From the NCBI RefSeq assembly GCF_009914755.1, contig NC_060932.1: a stretch of DNA of 64,000 nt, one strand, 5' to 3'. The notes beneath the pieces were generated by a model. That model did no database searches. It was not told where the DNA came from and worked only from the letters and a program-made list of their open reading frames with translations. The DNA comes from the human T2T-CHM13v2.0 reference genome, Homo sapiens. Positions 59,983 to 64,000 of this stretch are shown piece by piece (the first letter of the stretch is position 1; every line of letters begins with the position of its first letter). The position numbers were made by a program, and so were the translations under genes.

Positions 59983-61670
59983 CAATAGTGAGCATTCTTG
60001 CATTGTTTTTGATCTCAGAGGAAAAGATCTCAACATTTTCACATTAAGCATAATTTGGGAGTAAATACCCTTTATCAGAGATTGATTGTTATGGATAGCT
60101 TTTATCATAGACTTTAAATTTATCTTGTAAATATCTTTTATCAGATAAAGTTTCTATTTCAAATTCGCTTATAGTTTTCATCATGAATGAGTGTTTATCA
60201 ATTGCATTTTCTGCATTAATTGAGATGATCACATGATATATCTTCATTATTCTGATAATGTGGTAATTTGCATTGTTTTAAAATATTAAAAGTAAACTTG
60301 CATTTTAGACAAAAATCTAGCCTGATTGGAATATAAATAGTACTGGATTTAGATTTGTAACATTTTACTTGTAACTTTATATTATGTTTATATATCAGAT
60401 TGGTCTGTAATTTTTTTCTTTCTTACCATGTTTGCCAGGTTTTGTTATTAAGTTTTTCCTGGTCTCATAAAATAATTTAGTACAAGATCTCCTTTTTTCA
60501 ACTCTATGGAGTTATTTGTGTAATGCTAGTATTATATTTCCACAAGTTTTGGAAGATTTATTGGTGAAGGCATATGGGCTTGGAATTATATTTATTGGTA
60601 AATTTTATATTATGGATTTTTATAATGAACATAAGATTATTTGGGTAATCTATATCATCTTATATGAGTTAGGTGTTTTATTTTTAACATATGAATAATT
60701 ATTAGAATAATTTTCTATTTCTATAATATTTTTCTATTATCTTTGTAATGTACATGTGATGTATAATGATGCACCTGTTTGCATTCCTAATATTGGTTAT
60801 TTATGACTTCTCTTTCTCTTTTTTTATTGCTCAGTCTTGCAAGGAATTTTTAAATTTTATTACTATTTTCAAAGAATCCAGTTTTGGATTTGTTGCTCCT
60901 ATTTATTCTTTGTTCATTTCTATTTAATTTCTTTATGTTATGTTTATCATTTCTTTTCTCATAATATCTTTGGGTTTACCTTCCTGGTTTTCTAAAATAA
61001 TTTATTGATATGGATATTTACAGCATTTAGTTTCAGCCCAGGTACTGAGATATATGTACATTCTTTAATGTAATTTTAAATTACAAGACATTATTATTAT
61101 TTTTATACAGTCAATATTATGTAGGAAACTATACTTGCTCTATACATTGCTCTTCATTTTTTTCTTACATCTCTGAGATTTTCCTCTGGGATAATTTCCC
61201 TCTTCTACAAAGGTATCTTTTAAATTTCCTGTAGAGTAAAACTGATGGATGGTAAAAATTTCTTTCAGATTTTTTGTTTATGTGAAGATGTCCCATTTTG
61301 TCTTTTTTGTTTATGAATATTTTCACTGGATGTAATGTTGGAAAGTAATTTTTATTTAACTCTTTGGTGACATTCCATTTTCTTTTTGTTTCCTTTTGAG
61401 AAATCCATTGGGAGTCTTATTGTGAATCTTTGAAGGGCATTTGTATTTTTTCTTGAACTTCTTTTAAGAATGACTTAATTTTAAAAATGTGTTAGCTTAT
61501 TGTGATGTACCTTGAGGTGGTTTTTCTTTCTTTTCCTTTTTTTTTTTTTTAAGGAGTTCATATTGTTTTCAGAATCTGTGACCAGTCTCTCTTTTATCTA
61601 CACATCTGGATGTCCAATTATAGGAGCATGGGCCCTTTTATTATATTGCAGGTCTCTTATACTCTACAAA

Positions 61671-61967
61671 TTTTTTTTTATTTTTTGAGACAGGGTCTTG
61701 CTCTGTCACTCAGGCTGGAGTGCAGTGGCACAAGATTGGCTCACTGCAACCTCTGCCTCCCAAGTTCAAGCAATTCTCCTGCCTCAGCTTCTTGAGTAGT
61801 GAGATTACTGGCGGGTGCCACCATGCCTGGCTAATTTTTGTATTTTTAGTACAGACAGGGTTTCACCATGTTGGCCAGGCTGGTCTTGAACTCCTGACCT
61901 CAAGTGATCCACCTGCCTCCACCTCCCAATGTGCTGGGATTACAGGTGTGAGCCACTGCACCCGGCC
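61671..61967 (-). mobile_element. AluSz/Sx SINE
   Basis: GAACTCCTGACCTCAAGTGATCC; TSD ACTCT(A/T)CAAAT at 61661-61671 and 61969-61979. Confidence 0.95.
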
Positions 61968-63199
61968 CACTCTTCAAATCTTCTAAACATTAGTTTTTTC
62001 TTAATTATGAATATTTTTTCTGAACTTTCTTTAATATTATGTAACCTGGTATTAAAATCATCTAATTACTTTTAAATTTTAGTGATTATATTTTTAAATT
62101 ATAGAATTTCCATATGATTTTCTATAGTTTCAAATTTTGCCACAACTTTCCATTTGTCTTGCAATCCATTGATACCATTAATCATGAAATACAAGTTTTA
62201 CATCTGGTAGCTCCATTATTTGGATATTTTCTAGGTGTGATTCTATCTTCTATTTTTTCTTGGGTTTTAGTCAATTCTTACCTTTGTATGACATAGTTAT
62301 TTTGATTGGGTGCTACAGATGGCTTGTTAAAAATTGTAGTTAATCATTTGAGATTCTAGATATTTTTCTTTCTTCCGAAGAGGATTTGCTTTTGCTTTCG
62401 GTAGTCAGCTATGGGGGGCGGGGGCGGGTGTTCTAGCAATCTCAGATCACCTTTGTCTTGTCATGGATTGAGATGATGATATTGGGCTTGTGCCCCTTAC
62501 AGTCTGGTAAAGTCTGTGATGTTTCCTTACTCCTAGGATAGAATCCTTTGGGGTTTAACTTCGAAGTCTAAGGTGTTTTCCATTGGTCCTTCTACTTGTG
62601 AGTTCTACAAGAACCCTATTTAGTTTTTCAACTTTACATTTCAGAATAGGCAAAATTTCAATTGCTCTTTAGAGTAAAAGCCAGTGTTCTTCCCACTCTA
62701 CCACATTCAGAACAAAACCTCTACCTTTAAGAAAGTATAAATATTCAACTATAGTTCAATCTATTTGTTTCATTTGTTAAAATTTTAAAACAAATCTCTC
62801 TGAAATTTATTTTTGTGTGATTATAAAGAATGGATTTAACTTTATTTTATATTTTCCAAATGATTGAATAGTTACTCTAAAAGCAATCATTGCATAATCC
62901 ATATTTTCCTCATTAAAAAAATCAAAGACTGAATTTTAGATACTGCCCAAAATAAAGCTAAGGTATTGTAACAATGAAAATTATAATTTAAAACAGTAAT
63001 AACTTACGCATTCAATATTGAAGCAACAAAATAAAGACTGTCATAGAAGTATCAACAAAACAAAAATAATTTAGCATCTGCTCTAACTTCAAATACATAA
63101 ATATAACATTTAGTTTGATTTAAATTCCAAGTTTAACCCCTTTTATTGTTTATTACTGTTTTTTACATCTTGTCTTTCCCATTCTTACATTCTTATTTT

Positions 63200-63790
63200 G
63201 ATTTATTTCTTGAATAGGTTGTAACTTCGTTTAGTTTCCCACCCCCAGAAAGCTTTATGAAGTCTTTCTCATTTTAAATATGTGTAAATATTTCTCTGTT
63301 ACCTTTACATAGCTCATTTAATTGAATGTGGAATTCATGTTACATGAACCTATGTATTTGGAATTACTGGTCATTAGCATTTAGTGCTGCAGTTTGGAAA
63401 TCTGAGGTTAGTAAGACTTTTGTTACTTTATAAGTTACTTGTATTTTTTCTGCCTTAATGCAAAGATTTTTCTTGATCTTGGAATTAAAATGTTCATCAT
63501 GAATCTTTCTTAATAAAAGAAAGATTATTTTTATTAGTTTTATAATAACATGTACTATTTGAAATTCAAGAATTTCTAATGTAATTTCCATTTTCTCTCT
63601 CATACCTAGCTTTTCGTAATTAATATTTTACATTCTTTATCTCTTCTTGTCCTGTCTTTTATACTCTTTGCTTTTCTCTTATTTTAATATTGCATACTTT
63701 TCTTTTGACCTTTGAGTGAATCATTCAGGCTTATCTTTCTGCCGGTGATTTCATTTTCTACTGCATCCAAGATCTTATTCATTGACTTAA
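63200..63790 (-). mobile_element. HAL1 or old L1 ORF1 remnant
   Basis: ORF 63364-63603 contains QVTYKVTKVLLTSDFQTAALNA, similar to the L1 ORF1p motif QVTYKG..IRLT.DFS. Confidence 0.65.
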
Positions 63791-63799
63791 CTTAGTTTT

Positions 63800-64000
63800 A
63801 TTTATTTTATTTTTTCTTAGTAGTTTTATTTTGAAATGTTTTTAGATTACAAAAGGCTTGCAGAGATGGCACCAGAGAGTTCCTGTATAGTTTTCCCTCA
63901 GTTTCCACTAATGTTAACAGCTTACTTAACCATAGGACATTTAACAACACTAAGAAGTTAGCATTGGTAAAATACTATTAACTGAGCCATTCCTTTAATT
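63800..64000 (-). mobile_element. L1MC/L1MD-like 3' UTR end
   Basis: CAGAGAGTTCC...CAGTTTCCACTAATGTTAACA...AACCATAG...CATTGGTAAAATACTATTAACT. Confidence 0.7.

Overview
This is primate (very likely human or great ape) AT-rich, non-coding genomic DNA. Most of it is nested transposable elements: L1 copies from old L1M through L1PA2/3, Alu (J/S/Y), MIR, L2, ERVL/MaLR LTRs, a decayed ERVL pro-pol region and hAT/Tigger fossils. I found no supportable host protein-coding gene, structural RNA gene or CRISPR array; the recognisable long ORFs are broken L1 ORF2 pieces. The most interesting signal is a pair of young L1PA2/3 copies about 4 kb apart: 30438-33367 (a twin-primed 5' inversion with a TSD) and 37290-40540. 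They differ at apparent subfamily-diagnostic sites, yet share about a dozen non-consensus substitutions, including two identical in-frame ORF2 nonsense codons. This points to patchy gene conversion or recurrent inversion between neighbours, or to a common ORF2-dead source element. Smaller oddities are a perfect 20-bp fold-back hairpin replacing part of an AluJ, a hairpin at an L1 tail junction, and a few weak non-coding exon candidates. Subfamily names come from remembered consensus motifs and are approximate; boundaries of old repeats are approximate too.
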